DNA of 64,000 bases, from the NCBI GenBank assembly GCA_964016885.1, contig OZ024742.1, positions 41,292,001 through 41,356,000 of the forward strand. Direction: 5' to 3'. Below the pieces are notes generated by a model that saw only the letters and a list, made by a program, of their open reading frames with translations, was not told where the DNA came from and did not search any database. The stretch comes from Eledone cirrhosa. Its lineage: Eukaryota. Position numbers and translations under genes: made by a program. Positions 49,401-59,005 of the stretch are shown piece after piece. Each line of letters opens with the position of its first letter. The stretch's first letter is position 1.

Positions 49401-52400
49401 GTAAATGAAGTTGGTGTTAGGAAGGGCATCCAGCTGTAGAAATCAAGCCAAAATCAGTTCCTGTATGAGCAAGGCATGGTCAGCCGACCAGACACTGCCC
49501 ACAACAGGACAACCCGTCTAACCCATGCTAGCATGGAAGAACGGAGGTCAAACGGTGATGATGATGACACTGCTTAAAATATACTTTCGTTCAACGATTT
49601 TAGAAGCCACATGCTTTGTCACATTTTATCAAATCAATAATTCCATAGAAAATGAGGTATTATAACTAATTAAAAAAAAAAGTCTTTAAATTTTGTTTTG
49701 TTTATAATATATTCTCCAACTGATAAATCTTCCTTGTTATATTTTCTCAATAAGAAGATATATTAAGTATTCTTGGCTAATTGAAACAAATAAGTTAAGG
49801 ATTTGTTTAACAGCCATGAGTTCATTATGAAATCTTCATTCTCACTTTGAAGTAATACGTCCTCACTGAAAATTACAAATACTTTAGTTGTACAATGCTG
49901 TTAAGGTGCTAAAGTATTATATATACAGTTTCTTTCATTATTGCCATCTAAAATAATTATGGAAGTAATTTCCATTCTAAGTAAGTTATCTCCCTTAAAT
50001 TGTAAGGAACTTGTCTTTTATCCCATTTTATAGAGTGACTGGTGATGGTGGTCCAGCCTGGCTCAGTGATTTTCAACATGAAAATTACTATGCTGCTAAA
50101 AAAGCTTGCCAAAAAGGTAAGGAGTTACATATAGAGATATACCTTTGTGCATGAAAGTGCTTATATGTGTCATTGTCATCATTTTACATCTGTTTTCCAT
50201 GTTGGCATTGATTGATTGGTTAGACAGGTATATATATATAATTATTACGGTCAGTTACTACAACGGTGTCATATCAGGAACGTACGTTTCGTTAGCACAG
50301 ATGACCACCTTGTTCAATCTGTGCCGATGAAAATAACTGGAGAAGCGCAGATAATCTGGATAGTCTAGGGGAGACAATTTGTCCGAACAAAAAAAAACGT
50401 GAATAAATGCTAAATTAGTTAATAATTATGAGATGGCTAGAAAAAAATCGATAGATTAAGAAAGATAAAAATCAATATTAAGGACGCCAGTTCTTTAAAA
50501 CATTGTAACAACTTTGTTGAAGGCCAGCTAATCCTGCATAGGCTAGAGCTATAAATTTCAGTAGCACGTGCATTGTCCGTTGATTTCGATTTTCTTTATA
50601 TGATGAAATATATTGCTTAAGATTTAACAGAAGTGATTATATTTCACTCAGTATACTCATAGCATTTAAGGTATATATTTGAAAATATATTAGCCACCAT
50701 GCAGATAACTATAATAGTTGAATACAGACATGTCAACCTCTAAAAACCCAAATAGTGAGTACCATGAAAAAAGTGCCCCAAAATGGGGAGATTTTACATA
50801 ATGAAAGCTATACCTATTTTCACAAGAATGGGAGACGGAGTAAACAGGTCTGTGAAGAAGTTGAGTAAAAATAGCTCTTGAGACAGAAAATAGTGGGCAG
50901 AGACACCTATGGGAATTGAACCATGCTTTGTCCACATCTTTCCATCTATAGGAGTACTTTGCCTGACTTATTCAACTATTATTTATAGTTAATAAATCTG
51001 CACTGTGGTTAATATAATTTTTAATTTCTCAAATGCTTCGTAAATTAACCAAATGTATATATTCTAAAGAATTTTTTATCTGTAGTATATTTATGTATAA
51101 GCCTTTTCTCACTTAAAAAAGCTTCAAGCACTGGCATTGTTTGATGTGATATTATTTGCAATGCATGGTATTGCTGGCCATAGGCAAGTCTCTAGCTAAA
51201 AAGCCACGTCTGTGATGCTCATGCTTAAGTATCAAGCAATGGCATTACTCAAAATCGAGTTGCAGCCATCATGTTTATGTTTATCTACACTTTGTATAGG
51301 GATATTATGGATACAGACATGGTTGAGTGATTGAGAAGTTTGCTTAGAAATCAAAAGGTCTCGGGTTCAATCTCACTACATGAAATTTTGGGCAAGTGTT
51401 TTTTACCATACAAGACTTATGAATGAAATTAGGAAGACAAAACTGTATGGAAGCCCATCAGATGGATTGTACCTCCAATTCAAAAGTTTGGCCTTGTTAC
51501 ACAAGGCCTGATTTGGCCTGAGAGTTACATTGTTTTATGTGTTTTTAAAATATTCAGCAACTTATACATGTTAAATTAATGAGAAAATAGTTTTATTGAT
51601 GAACAACTAACAAAGGGACCATTGTTATCATCATCATAAGGTGCAGGCATGGCTGTGTGGTTAAGGAGTTCACTTTGCAACCATCTTCTTCTTGGTTCAA
51701 TCTTCATGCGTGGCACCTTAGGCAAATGTTTTCTACTATAGCCTAAGGTTGGTAGGCAGAAACTGCAGATGTCCATTATATGTATATATATTTCATCATT
51801 ATCAATTTATGTCTGTTAAATATATATATGTGCATGTGTGCCCATGTTTATTATGTCTTGTAACTTAGCTGTTTGACAAAATAGCGATCGGTAAAATAAG
51901 TATTAAACTTGAAAAAATAAGTTCTGGTGTTGATATAATCGACTAAATAAAAGTGGTGCTCCAGCATGGCTGCAGTCTAATGACTGAAACCAGTAAAAAA
52001 AATATAGCATATGTATATTTGTAAGTGTGAAAGACTGTTTGGAACAAAAATTTAGGTTATGATGTATTAGAAAGTTTTCTTGTAACGAAAGTGTTAATGT
52101 TGTTTTTGTTTCTACCAGTGTATGGTGTTGAACCTGATATGACTCGTGAAGGGGGTAGTATTCCAGTAACCCTGACTTTGGAGGAAGCCACTAAGAAAAA
52201 TGTCTTACTACTGCCCATGGGGGCTTGTGATGATGGTGCACATTCCCAGAATGAGAAGATCAACATCAGCAACTTCATTAATGGGGTCAGTTACTTACAA
52301 GTTATTTGGGTCAACTGTTTAATTATATTTACATGGATTGGAGTGGTAATTGTTTCGGAAGTGAATTCATCTGAGGCTTAGTGTTGAAACTAATTAAAAC

Positions 52401-53632
52401 AATTACCATATGGAAGAGTCATTTTAGTCACTTACAAAACACACAAAAGCTGTTATCTTTACTTTGACTGCAACTGAAAAAGTTTGACACCAAGAAATAA
52501 ATACAATCATTTATTTCTTGGTGTTAAACTTTTGTCAGTTGCAGTCAAACTGTGTCAGTGATCAGCTCGCAGACAGTGTGGTGAAAATTTTGACTCCAAG
52601 AAATATATAAAGTAAAGTTACCAGTATTTGTGTGTTTTTTAACTGGCTAAAATGACTCTTCTCCACAGTAATTGGTTTATATTTGTATAACTATTCATCA
52701 ATCTACCTTGTTAATGGATTAGCTTTTAGTTAATTAAAGATTCCTGAATGCTACTTACTTAAGATAATAATAATAATAATGAAAATTGTGTACAGTGCTC
52801 AGGTGCACTACAACTCATCAAAGGTGCATGTATAGTATATAAAATAATCCTTGAATATATAGATTTTTTTTTTTTTTTAACAACTAAGCCACATACATTC
52901 ATAAACATTTAATAGATACAGTGTGTGTGTGATAAAGAATATGATTACTAAAATATATAACAGACACATATATATGAAAGTATATACAGTATGTTTATGT
53001 ATAATAAACATACATAAGTCTCTCTGTCAGTATTTTAAGCTGTAATCATGTCACAGCTACCTCAGTTGCTGTGTGAGAAAGACACACTAGTGTTTCAGGA
53101 TTTTAATCTATCTTCAGTACTGGTACTGAGGCAAAACAAGATGGTAGCTTATATGTATGTATGTCCCATAACTCCTGATAGAATTGTAGGGGTGCCGTAT
53201 TGACATATGGCATTTCTTGGGCACCTTGAAGCCTGGCGGAGCCCATCCCTCTCCGGGCCTGAATACAGCAGATTTCTTCCAGTGAAAGAGAGAAAAATGA
53301 GAAAGAGATATAAATTAAAAATCCACCTCAGTACTAGACTGGTACTTTTTTTATCAACCTTGAAAGGATGAAAGCAAAGTTGACCTGGGATTTGAACTCA
53401 GAGAGCAGAGTGTTGGGACGAATACTATAAAGCATTCTATCCGACGTTCTAACAACTATTCCAATTCACTGTCGATAGCTTATATAGATTTTTGCAAATA
53501 ATACATTTCTGGCGATGCTCAGTTGTATACAGTGCCGGCTTGATGGGCTGCTACTTCTAACTAAAATATATTTACTTTTTTTTACAGACCAAATTATTTG
53601 CTGCCTACATTGATGAACTCGGAAAACTCTAA
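11612..53632 (+). CDS. CNDP2: Cytosolic non-specific dipeptidase (carnosine dipeptidase 2, peptidase M20A), 14 coding exons, 469 aa
   Basis: Exons: 11612-11628, 16334-16457, 17219-17389, 18625-18705, 23041-23115, 23680-23760, 29408-29481, 34673-34747, 37215-37359, 46309-46408, 46962-47133, 50034-50116, 52119-52285, 53588-53632. They total 1410 nt, all introns are GT-AG and phases are consistent. Metal and catalytic motifs are present: [54 protein letters not shown]. Confidence 0.96.
13741..14351. repeat. Long near-perfect inverted repeat (~300-bp arms, 16-nt spacer 14039-14054) containing a SINE segment and flank
   Basis: The left arm is the reverse complement of the right arm, e.g. GAACTCAG/CTGAGTTC at the centre and TAATTGTATATGAA/TTCATATACAATTA distally. 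Confidence 0.93.
14548..14790 (-). mobile_element. Second CRE-like RLE endonuclease fragment
   Basis: Minus-strand translation VTPSYILNS...[23 protein letters not shown]...FLPSLAAHL...EGA*LF*CLSL is homologous to 7885-8045. Confidence 0.55.
14920..15120 (+). mobile_element. piggyBac-like MITE, family A
   Basis: TTAA|CCCTTTAGCATTT ... AAATGCTAAAGAG|TTAA: terminal inverted repeats flanked by TTAA. Confidence 0.75.
15378..16168 (+). mobile_element. Mariner (Tc1/mariner) transposase remnant with right end
   Basis: Degenerate motifs [16 protein letters not shown] (WVPHEL), [29 protein letters not shown] and a YSPDLAP-like segment then HLFPNMKK. Ends in ...GAACTTTTCAGCCAACCC next to a TA run. Confidence 0.88.
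16334..16457 (+). CDS. CNDP2: CNDP2 exon 2
   Basis: cag|A TAC ATT...; [41 protein letters not shown]|gtaaga. Confidence 0.93.
16790..17163 (-). mobile_element. RTE-type LINE 3' fragment
   Basis: Minus-strand ORF remnant ...[19 protein letters not shown]; same family as 1-430. Confidence 0.65.
17219..17389 (+). CDS. CNDP2: CNDP2 exon 3
   Basis: aag|[16 protein letters not shown]...[31 protein letters not shown]|gtttgt. Confidence 0.93.
18625..18705 (+). CDS. CNDP2: CNDP2 exon 4
   Basis: tag|[27 protein letters not shown]|gtaagt. Confidence 0.96.
18950..19505. mobile_element. Foldback MITE with ~100-bp TIRs
   Basis: ACACTATTTGACTTTC...TTGTCACATTCTGTGACC pairs with GGTCATAGAATGTGTGACAA...GAAAGTCAAATAGTGT. 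Confidence 0.7.
19088..19309. mobile_element. Small hAT-like MITE nested in the foldback MITE
   Basis: TIR CAATAGCGTAGTTAG / CTAGTTATGTCACTG; 8-bp TSD CTTTCTGG/CTTTCTGA. Confidence 0.7.
19550..19838 (-). mobile_element. RTE-related non-coding element with (GAT)n tail
   Basis: Near-exact reverse complement of 49285-49568. Confidence 0.8.
20514..20950 (-). pseudogene. C-terminal remnant of a Charlie/Buster-type hAT transposase
   Basis: Degenerate minus-strand translation: ELHGDME...VPEWIVNPF...[12 protein letters not shown]...[25 protein letters not shown]...[26 protein letters not shown]. Confidence 0.85.
21253..21505 (-). pseudogene. CELF/Bruno (CUGBP) family RRM3 gene fragment, frameshifted
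   Basis: [27 protein letters not shown][frameshift][42 protein letters not shown] aligns with CELF RRM3 (F.[61 protein letters not shown].KN). Confidence 0.88.
22547..23013 (+). mobile_element. tRNA-derived SINE with two successive (GAT)n tails
   Basis: A-box TGGCTTAGTGG, B-box-like GAGTTCAATTC, internal hairpin, RTE-like body. Tails end near 22930 and 23013. Confidence 0.8.
23041..23115 (+). CDS. CNDP2: CNDP2 exon 5
   Basis: cag|[25 protein letters not shown]|gtaaga. Confidence 0.95.
23680..23760 (+). CDS. CNDP2: CNDP2 exon 6
   Basis: cag|[27 protein letters not shown]|gtaaag. Confidence 0.95.
24951..25277 (+). CDS. Cys-rich PHD-finger-like ORF at the 5' end of the CR1 element
   Basis: ICHIC...WVECGTC...VCFQC...WSFQCLAC has PHD-like spacing; the exact start codon is uncertain. 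Confidence 0.5.
   Translation, partial: LRMGRNNKIAMVISIDEVCNKTGRCSKIEHCPENHICHICAKPENSFRNRWVECGTCRISVCFQCATGFRKVPGPKKRHHNAMMDGIWEMVQLKSWSFQCLACVPASS
25346..26146 (+). CDS. Putative CR1 ORF1 (poly-H/Q tract, short coiled coil, RRM-like C-terminus), 266 aa
   Basis: Open ATG ORF immediately upstream of ORF2, with coiled-coil-like [20 protein letters not shown] and a VIAIGVPE motif typical of LINE ORF1 proteins. Confidence 0.6.
   Translation: MTLASTAIPVGEHQKQQQPMSSAPSTSRHQQPATVSSPTIPVEEHHHHQQQQQQQQPTSTDFAELQLMISALRREVTGIKASIRVGPHNEGSYRNALLKNLPVPLAVSGHTEKTAESATHEVIAIGVPEGKADLQAFAASSAKAVFPQRVLSALVDLVQNPYSSGCLFRTLAEATSYHLASVKAGRENRITFRTRPGLPPHVRPKLRAAASLNRNSAQHESFSLRDDGQIWRFVKAGETWKRDTSWSECDLPTITGNVKTATTLGN
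26203..28941 (+). pseudogene. CR1 ORF2 (endonuclease plus reverse transcriptase), split by two frameshifts
   Basis: ORF pieces 26203-26469, 26477-27937 and 27739-28941 carry consecutive APE and RT motifs. Confidence 0.9.
29408..29481 (+). CDS. CNDP2: CNDP2 exon 7
   Basis: cag|[25 protein letters not shown]|gtaaga. Confidence 0.96.
29802..30007 (+). mobile_element. piggyBac-like MITE, family A
   Basis: TTAACCCTTTAGCATTT...AAATGCTAAAGTGTTAA. Confidence 0.72.
31552..34208 (+). mobile_element. Tx1/L1-clade LINE, internally deleted, inserted in a TCTG/TC microsatellite
   Basis: 14-bp flanking direct repeat TGTCTGTCTGTCTC (31538-31551 and 34209-34222). RT motifs [36 protein letters not shown]-terminal CPRC...[16 protein letters not shown] near the 3' end. 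GC- and CpG-rich compared with the host. Confidence 0.9.
31932..33983 (+). pseudogene. Tx1-like ORF2 remnant (RT plus zinc knuckle), one in-frame stop at 32307-32309, endonuclease absent
   Basis: ORFs 31968-32309 and 32328-33983 are in the same frame, separated by TAG in LD*SKAFD. Confidence 0.88.
34209..34465. repeat. (TC)n/(TCTG)n compound microsatellite
   Basis: Directly visible. Confidence 0.95.
34673..34747 (+). CDS. CNDP2: CNDP2 exon 8
   Basis: cag|[25 protein letters not shown]|gtaagt. Confidence 0.96.
35115..35500 (+). mobile_element. 5'-truncated CR1 3' end, related to the 24.9-29.1 kb element
   Basis: [35 protein letters not shown] plus the same 3' UTR. Confidence 0.88.
37215..37359 (+). 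CDS. CNDP2: CNDP2 exon 9
   Basis: cag|[48 protein letters not shown]|gtgcgt. Confidence 0.95.
37590..37800 (+). mobile_element. RTE-type LINE extreme 3' fragment (C-terminal zinc-finger remnant)
   Basis: Translates ...[24 protein letters not shown], resembling the RTE C-terminal C..C...C.S..GL.SH.R.C motif; ends in (CAT)n. Confidence 0.5.
37994..44856. repeat. Tandem satellite, 65-bp unit, about 105 copies, expanded inside a minus-strand SINE (CNDP2 intron 9)
   Basis: Unit ACAAGGCATTGGTCAACCCATGGCTATAGTAGAAGACACTTGCCCAAGGTGCAATGTAGTGTGAT. The flanks continue as the SINE body (left, CCAAATTCCACTC) and tRNA-like head (right, TGAACTCAAAACCAC). Confidence 0.97.
45546..45948. repeat. Minisatellite, 47-48-bp unit, about 8 copies, inside a minus-strand RTE-related SINE
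   Basis: Unit CACTTTACAGTGTGGACTGGTGCTTTTTGTTGTGACACCTACATGGC, preceded by the SINE body and (CAT)n tail at 45380-45545. Confidence 0.92.
46309..46408 (+). CDS. CNDP2: CNDP2 exon 10
   Basis: cag|[34 protein letters not shown]|gtaaat. Confidence 0.95.
46962..47133 (+). CDS. CNDP2: CNDP2 exon 11
   Basis: tag|[32 protein letters not shown]...RGSPNKL-Q|gtaagc. Confidence 0.96.
47995..49270 (+). mobile_element. 5'-truncated RTE-clade LINE (RT, embedded Cys/His finger, C-terminal region), one stop at 48296-48298
   Basis: [70 protein letters not shown]. Confidence 0.92.
49285..49568 (+). mobile_element. RTE-related non-coding segment with (GAT)n tail abutting the RTE ORF
   Basis: Shares GTTGGTGTTAGGAAGGGCATCCAGCTGTAG and the tail ACCCATGCTAGCATGGAA...(GAT)n with many SINE copies in the window. 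Confidence 0.75.
50034..50116 (+). CDS. CNDP2: CNDP2 exon 12
   Basis: tag|[28 protein letters not shown]|gtaagg. Confidence 0.92.
52119..52285 (+). CDS. CNDP2: CNDP2 exon 13
   Basis: cag|[55 protein letters not shown]|gtcagt. Confidence 0.96.
52395..52680. repeat. Nested inverted repeats (MITE-like) with an 87-nt inner hairpin at 52463-52549
   Basis: Outer arms GAAGAGTCATTTTAG / CTAAAATGACTCTTC; inner arms TTTGACTGCAACTGA... / ...TCAGTTGCAGTCAAA. Confidence 0.8.
53588..53632 (+). CDS. CNDP2: CNDP2 terminal coding exon 14
   Basis: cag|[14 protein letters not shown] matches the CNDP2 C-terminal helix (TKMLAAYL...). Confidence 0.93.
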   Translation, partial: TKLFAAYIDELGKL

Positions 53633-55069
53633 AAAGTGCTGAATCAATGGATTTTTGTGAAAGAAACGTATTCTCTTAATTCCTATGAACATTAAATAAG
53701 GTGGCTTTCTTTCAACACTTCATTTATTACTATATTAGCACTAAATATGGTTATTTTAGCATTAAATATTATAACTAACTGGGACCATGAAATTCCATAG
53801 TTTCATTAGAAACAACCATTAAGTATTAAGATCAATATAACCTTTTAAATTTATATTATATATATTATGTGATAAACAGGTGAAACTCCAGAGTAACAAG
53901 ACTCACTATTTACCTTTAATAAAATGAATATAGCGTGGAAGATAGACAACGATGATGATGATGATGATGAACAACCCATTAAAAGATGATGATCATCATC
54001 ATCTTTATCCCTTTTCTTACCATATTTCTGCTGAAAGACACTGCCTGTGATTTTCAATTAATTTTGAGATTTAGTAATATAACTAACTTTCTCATTATTA
54101 AGCTGCTGTCTGGAGCATAATTTTACAATGGAAAGTTTTTAGATAAATATACATACTTTGAAATAAATAGTTTTGTATTGTAGAACCAAAGGTATTTTCA
54201 GGTGGTTTGGTATCAAAGAGGTTAACATGTATTCATTGAAACATTCAACTTGAAGAATATTTTTATCAAGTAAATAAATCATATATTTCTTTAAAAGAAA
54301 AAAAAAAAATTTTTTTTATAGTTATTCTTAATACATGGGATATTGCTTGCAAGAGCCAAGATTGCACTAAATATGGACATGTATTGAGTAAAGATGTGCC
54401 AGGGGAAGGAAGCTATGGAAGAGAAAGGCAAAGGAAAACATAGGCAGAAGTGATGAAAGCTAATCTCAGAAATCTTACCTCACAAAGATAAAAGAAAATG
54501 CAACCAGTGGAGGACCTATCAAACCTGTGGAAGTATGGACGTAAAAGTGATGATATATAATAAGAGTTTAGATTGATATCCAGTGATTTCAATCTTGTTG
54601 ATTACAATTTGTTCAACAAATTCATTTGGAGCATACACAAAGGAGTAATTGTAATACAACATCCCAGCCAGACCTAAAGCTATGAAAACAACGTAATTAT
54701 TGTATCGATGGATTAACATATGAAAAACGTTAAAGTACTCACAATTTCATCAAACTGAAATGGACAGTATCCTCCTAGTTTAGCACATAAAAATCCACAG
54801 CTAAGTGGGTACAGTACTGTTTCAAATTCTGTGAAGAATCTGCTGGTGATCGATTATATATGATCATCACTGTGTCTTCACAGACTGAGTTAGTAATCAA
54901 TTGGGACTTCTGAGCCCTCAGATGGGCTGGGAGCTTGCATATGATCTACCATGGATGAGGTGGAGGTGTACACAGATGGTGAGGATAGCTACTCAGGAGT
55001 GATAGTGGAGGGTGGTGGGGGCATAGGGATGGATAAGGTCACATTTTGTACTGGTAGGCAAATATTCTA

Positions 55070-55570
55070 CAGTACATGACACCAATTCTTAGTCCTTTGT
55101 CATCTCCACTGTGAGGTTCAACCCTGGTCTGCCACTAAGATTTCTTTTCAACAGCTGTTATCTTCCATACACGTCACATGTCCACACCAACACACTATAT
55201 CCAATTCCTCTTATTCTAAGTTTTCCTCTCAGCTGGTTTATGCTATATCCTTCACACACACACTAACATTACACATCTATCAGAGCATACTTATTTCATT
55301 TCTTTCTAGTCTTCTGCAGTACACACACAGGCATTGTGCAGTCTACCTTTCACTCTGAGAGAAAAGCCCTTTGTTGTCAGCATAGGTACCAGCTCCCTAA
55401 ACTTCTTCCAGCCTGTTCGTACCTTGTTATCCCCCATTGCTGATTTGGTCACCTATGTAACAAAAGCTGTCAACAACTTCTAATGAGCCTCCTTGGCACC
55501 TGAGGTTATCTATTTCATATGTGCTCTTAGAACTTACTTCTCCTGTGGTGCATCTACCACATACAGTCTA
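55070..55570 (-). mobile_element. Decayed RTE LINE fragment related to the 48-kb element
   Basis: Minus-strand VRTGWKKFRELVPMLTTKGFSLRVKGRL matches [28 protein letters not shown]. Confidence 0.8.
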
Positions 55571-56399
55571 TCACTTCAGTTAAGGGATATTAATCTGGGC
55601 ACCAAATGAAGTCTGCCTCCCAAATAGGCCACAGTAAGATTTGAACTTAGAGCACAAATACTGTAAGGAATTATATCCAACTGTCTGATGTCTCAGCCAA
55701 TTTGTAAAAAAAAAAAAAAAAAATAAAATAAAAATAAAACTCAATTCCCCAAATGAATTGAAACAAAAACAAAATTAAGGATCAATTTTATAACTTTTAA
55801 TTTAAAAGAAATAAGTAGCTTTTTTTAAATATAACTTTAAAAAATATATATATTCATAAAAGACTGGAAATGGAAGATGGTTGGAGGTTTCTAATAGTGT
55901 TGAAGAAACCTGAAGAATGGAGGTGAAAACTAGAGTTTAGAAGACAATCACTCACCTACTTTTCTAATAATGCTGAAGAACACAATTGAAGGCATTAAGA
56001 GATGAAGGGATGGAAATAAATCTCAAATGGGCAGGGTAAAGGCTGAGAGTAGCTCTCCACCTCGTATATTGATGGAACAATAACAGATAGAGACACTTTC
56101 CTGGCATGCCAACTAGTTGTTAGGGTATTGGGATCACAATTGGAGGCATTAAGGGTTCAATTTCTAGACCAGATGGCATGTGTTTTTGAACAAAATGTTT
56201 TACATTGCACCAATCTATTCAGCTGGAAAAAGAATACTAACAGCAGTTGGAAATTATTAAAACCTGGGGCAAACTAGCATTCCATCCAGGAACGAGTCTT
56301 GTATTTTTAGTTGCGTAATGGTGGTTAGCAAGACTGATTTTTGCAAAGAAAATTTGTCCACAGAGATCATGGTTGGTGGAGACCATGGTGAGAGTTGGT

Positions 56400-56765
56400 G
56401 AATCTTTCATCACAGCCTTTTACCCTCCTCAGTTCTCCAGCGATTATCTCTTTATAAGATGACACCATGCTGTTCTGTCTTCTGTGTGTTTCCAAAACTT
56501 AACATTACATTGGTGCTCTTCATTATCTGTTTCAATTGGTCTTTGTAGTGTTGCATGGGGCAGCTGTGTGATCTCTTGTCCGTGCTGAGTTTGATGTGGA
56601 AATCTGGTGCTATTTATATGGTGGACAAGACCTGTCCATCTAAAGTGATACTTAATGATGATGGCCTCAATGCTGTTGGCATTTGCCCAGTCAAGGACTG
56701 CAAGGTTGCTGACATAGTCTTCCCATTTGATGCTCATCAAAGTTTCAATTGATGAAATCATTCCA
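56400..56765 (-). mobile_element. Decayed RTE-type LINE 3' fragment of a different family
   Basis: LMSIKWEDYVSNLAVLDWANANSIEAIIIKYHFRWTGLV resembles IL.I.W.D.V.N.EVL.RA...SIE......LRW.GHV. Confidence 0.75.
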
Positions 56766-57652
56766 GTTTTTATATATATATATAGTTCAAGATTACACGA
56801 GACAAACACAGAGATACAATTATACTAAGTCTTATTAGTTTCATGCTTGTAAAAGAAAAAGTTATATATGTATTTATATATATAGGCAAAAGGAGGTGGG
56901 ATTTGAACAGCATCAGTTATGGCAAAGGATCCTGTTCGATTCTTTTCTGCCAATCCATCATGCCTGGTACTTTATTCATCCAACTCAAAAAGCTGAAGTG
57001 TAAAGTTGACCTCTGAAGGATTTGAACTCAGTCATTTAATCCTATGCCCTAACAACTCTGCTAAATCTTCACCTATAAATAATTTGATCTCTTTTACATC
57101 TGAACCATAAGCACAGTTTGTGACTAAAAGTAGGTAAGCATTGATTTCAACTCTTATCACTCAAAAATGTGTCTCAAGCCTGAAAGGTCATCAGGTGGTG
57201 CTTATATATATATTTTTTTTTTTTTTTTTTGTGGTGAGAGTACATGCTTTTCCCACTGGACAGGATACTAGTTCATCACAGAATTAAACCCCCAGTTACT
57301 GCTGGTACTCATTTTCAGCTGAGTATACTAGAGCAATGTGAAATGAAATGTTTTGCTCAAGAACACAATACACCACCAAGTCCAAGAATCCAACACCCTT
57401 ACCACTAGGCCATGCACCTTCACTGTTAACATGTAAAAAAATTGTAATGGCTGAATTATGTTAGCAAGTAGCACTAACACAGCCTTGTTCATAATAGGGC
57501 CCTATATGAAGGCATATACAATATGTTTGTCTTGCTATGAATATTTTAAGCTGTGATCATATCTCAGCCATATGCAAAATGTCAGATGTGTTTCTGTATT
57601 TTTACCAATCATCAGTGACATTTACTCACTTGGTACTGAGACAAGAATAAGC

Positions 57653-57824
57653 TTAACCCTTGCTATTGTATTTTCATGGTAAAGGCTTTATCTCACATAA
57701 TATCGAAGCTGCGAGATTTTGATGTTATTTATTTTGAGAACAATATCTTAATGTCAGAATGAGTGGCCAGTTGGAACAGAAAGAGGTGAGAGAATTCTTG
57801 TTGGTTTAAATGCTAAAGGGTTAA
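57653..57824 (-). mobile_element. piggyBac-like MITE, family A
   Basis: TTAACCCTT...AAATGCTAAAGGGTTAA; body is the reverse complement of the 14920 copy. Confidence 0.65.
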
Positions 57825-58847
57825 AGTAATCATTGTTTGAGTGGCAGAGATGAAATGAAATGGCAGCAGTAGAAGAATTTGTATTAACTTCATACCGAAG
57901 ATGTTGCGTTGTGGAGGGTATTGTTTGTATTATTCTTTGAAATTTATATGATGCACCTAGTGACAAACAGAATTTGGTAAAATATTGAGTTGATGCCTCC
58001 CTTGATCCTCTTAACTCTTCTGATACTAAACTGTTTTTGGTTCTATGATACAAATTTCATTGTTTTACAGTATTCATATTTAAGCCTTCCATCATAATTT
58101 TATGTAAGATTTTTATTCATTTAGCTACAAACATCAGCTTAAAAATGAAAATGTTACATTACTAGATCTTGGTAGTGTTGGTGCCACAATAAAATGCACC
58201 CAGTAAGTTGTAGTGCCAGTGCCACAAGGAAAATGCACCCAGTCACATGATAAAGTGGTTGGTGTTATGACGGCATTTGGCTGTAGAAATTAAACCCAAA
58301 ATGGAACATTTGAGCAAAATGAGGTCATTCTGACTTTTCTAGCCTATTCAACTCAGTCAAGTATGAATAGCAAATGTAAAATGATGAATTTCAAAATTAT
58401 TTGAAAATTATAAGCAGTGTCTTTCAATGAAACTTTGTTCTTCCAATTCATCAAGTCAAGTGAATTTAAAGTAGACAAAAGAATGAATGCAAAATTCAAA
58501 ATGAATGCTAAACAAAGTGTTGTCAAAGATGTTTGTAGTTTATTAACCCGTATGTTTTCAAGTGCTCATGCTTATATTAAAATCTTTCATCATAATGTAA
58601 GAACTTTTTGTTAAGTATGGCTCCAAACAGTTTATTATTAATGAAAAGTAATTTTACTAAATTCTTTCATAATTTATTGAAATACATTGGTAGCGTATTT
58701 CATTAGTCTTCAATGAGGATTTAGTTACCATATTTCCAATGAAATAAACTGCCTATGGTTTTTAAATGATCAATTTAGAGTAATTTCATAATATAACTGT
58801 ATTATAGTATCAGGGGTAATTTCAAGGGGGTTTAGTATCTAAAGGAT

Positions 58848-59005
58848 CAGTGCCGGATTTGGCATTGTGCTTAAGCACAAGGCGCCGTTGATCGGGGGAG
58901 TGGCACAATTTCCTGCCAAAAGATTTTTTTTTACCGAGCCTACCTCCTTCAGGGGGCCTCATAACTTAACTAGTACAGGGCCTCATTTGCCTAAATCTGG
59001 CACTG
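58848..59005. mobile_element. Small hAT-like MITE
   Basis: TIR CAGTGCCGGATTT / AAATCTGGCACTG; flanking duplication CTAAAGGAT/GTAAAGGAT. Confidence 0.7.

Noticed and set aside
52091-52381. Stand-alone ORFs overlapping CNDP2 exons (also 16383-16637 and 46889-47137)
   Set aside because: These are single exons read into flanking intron and are explained by the spliced model.
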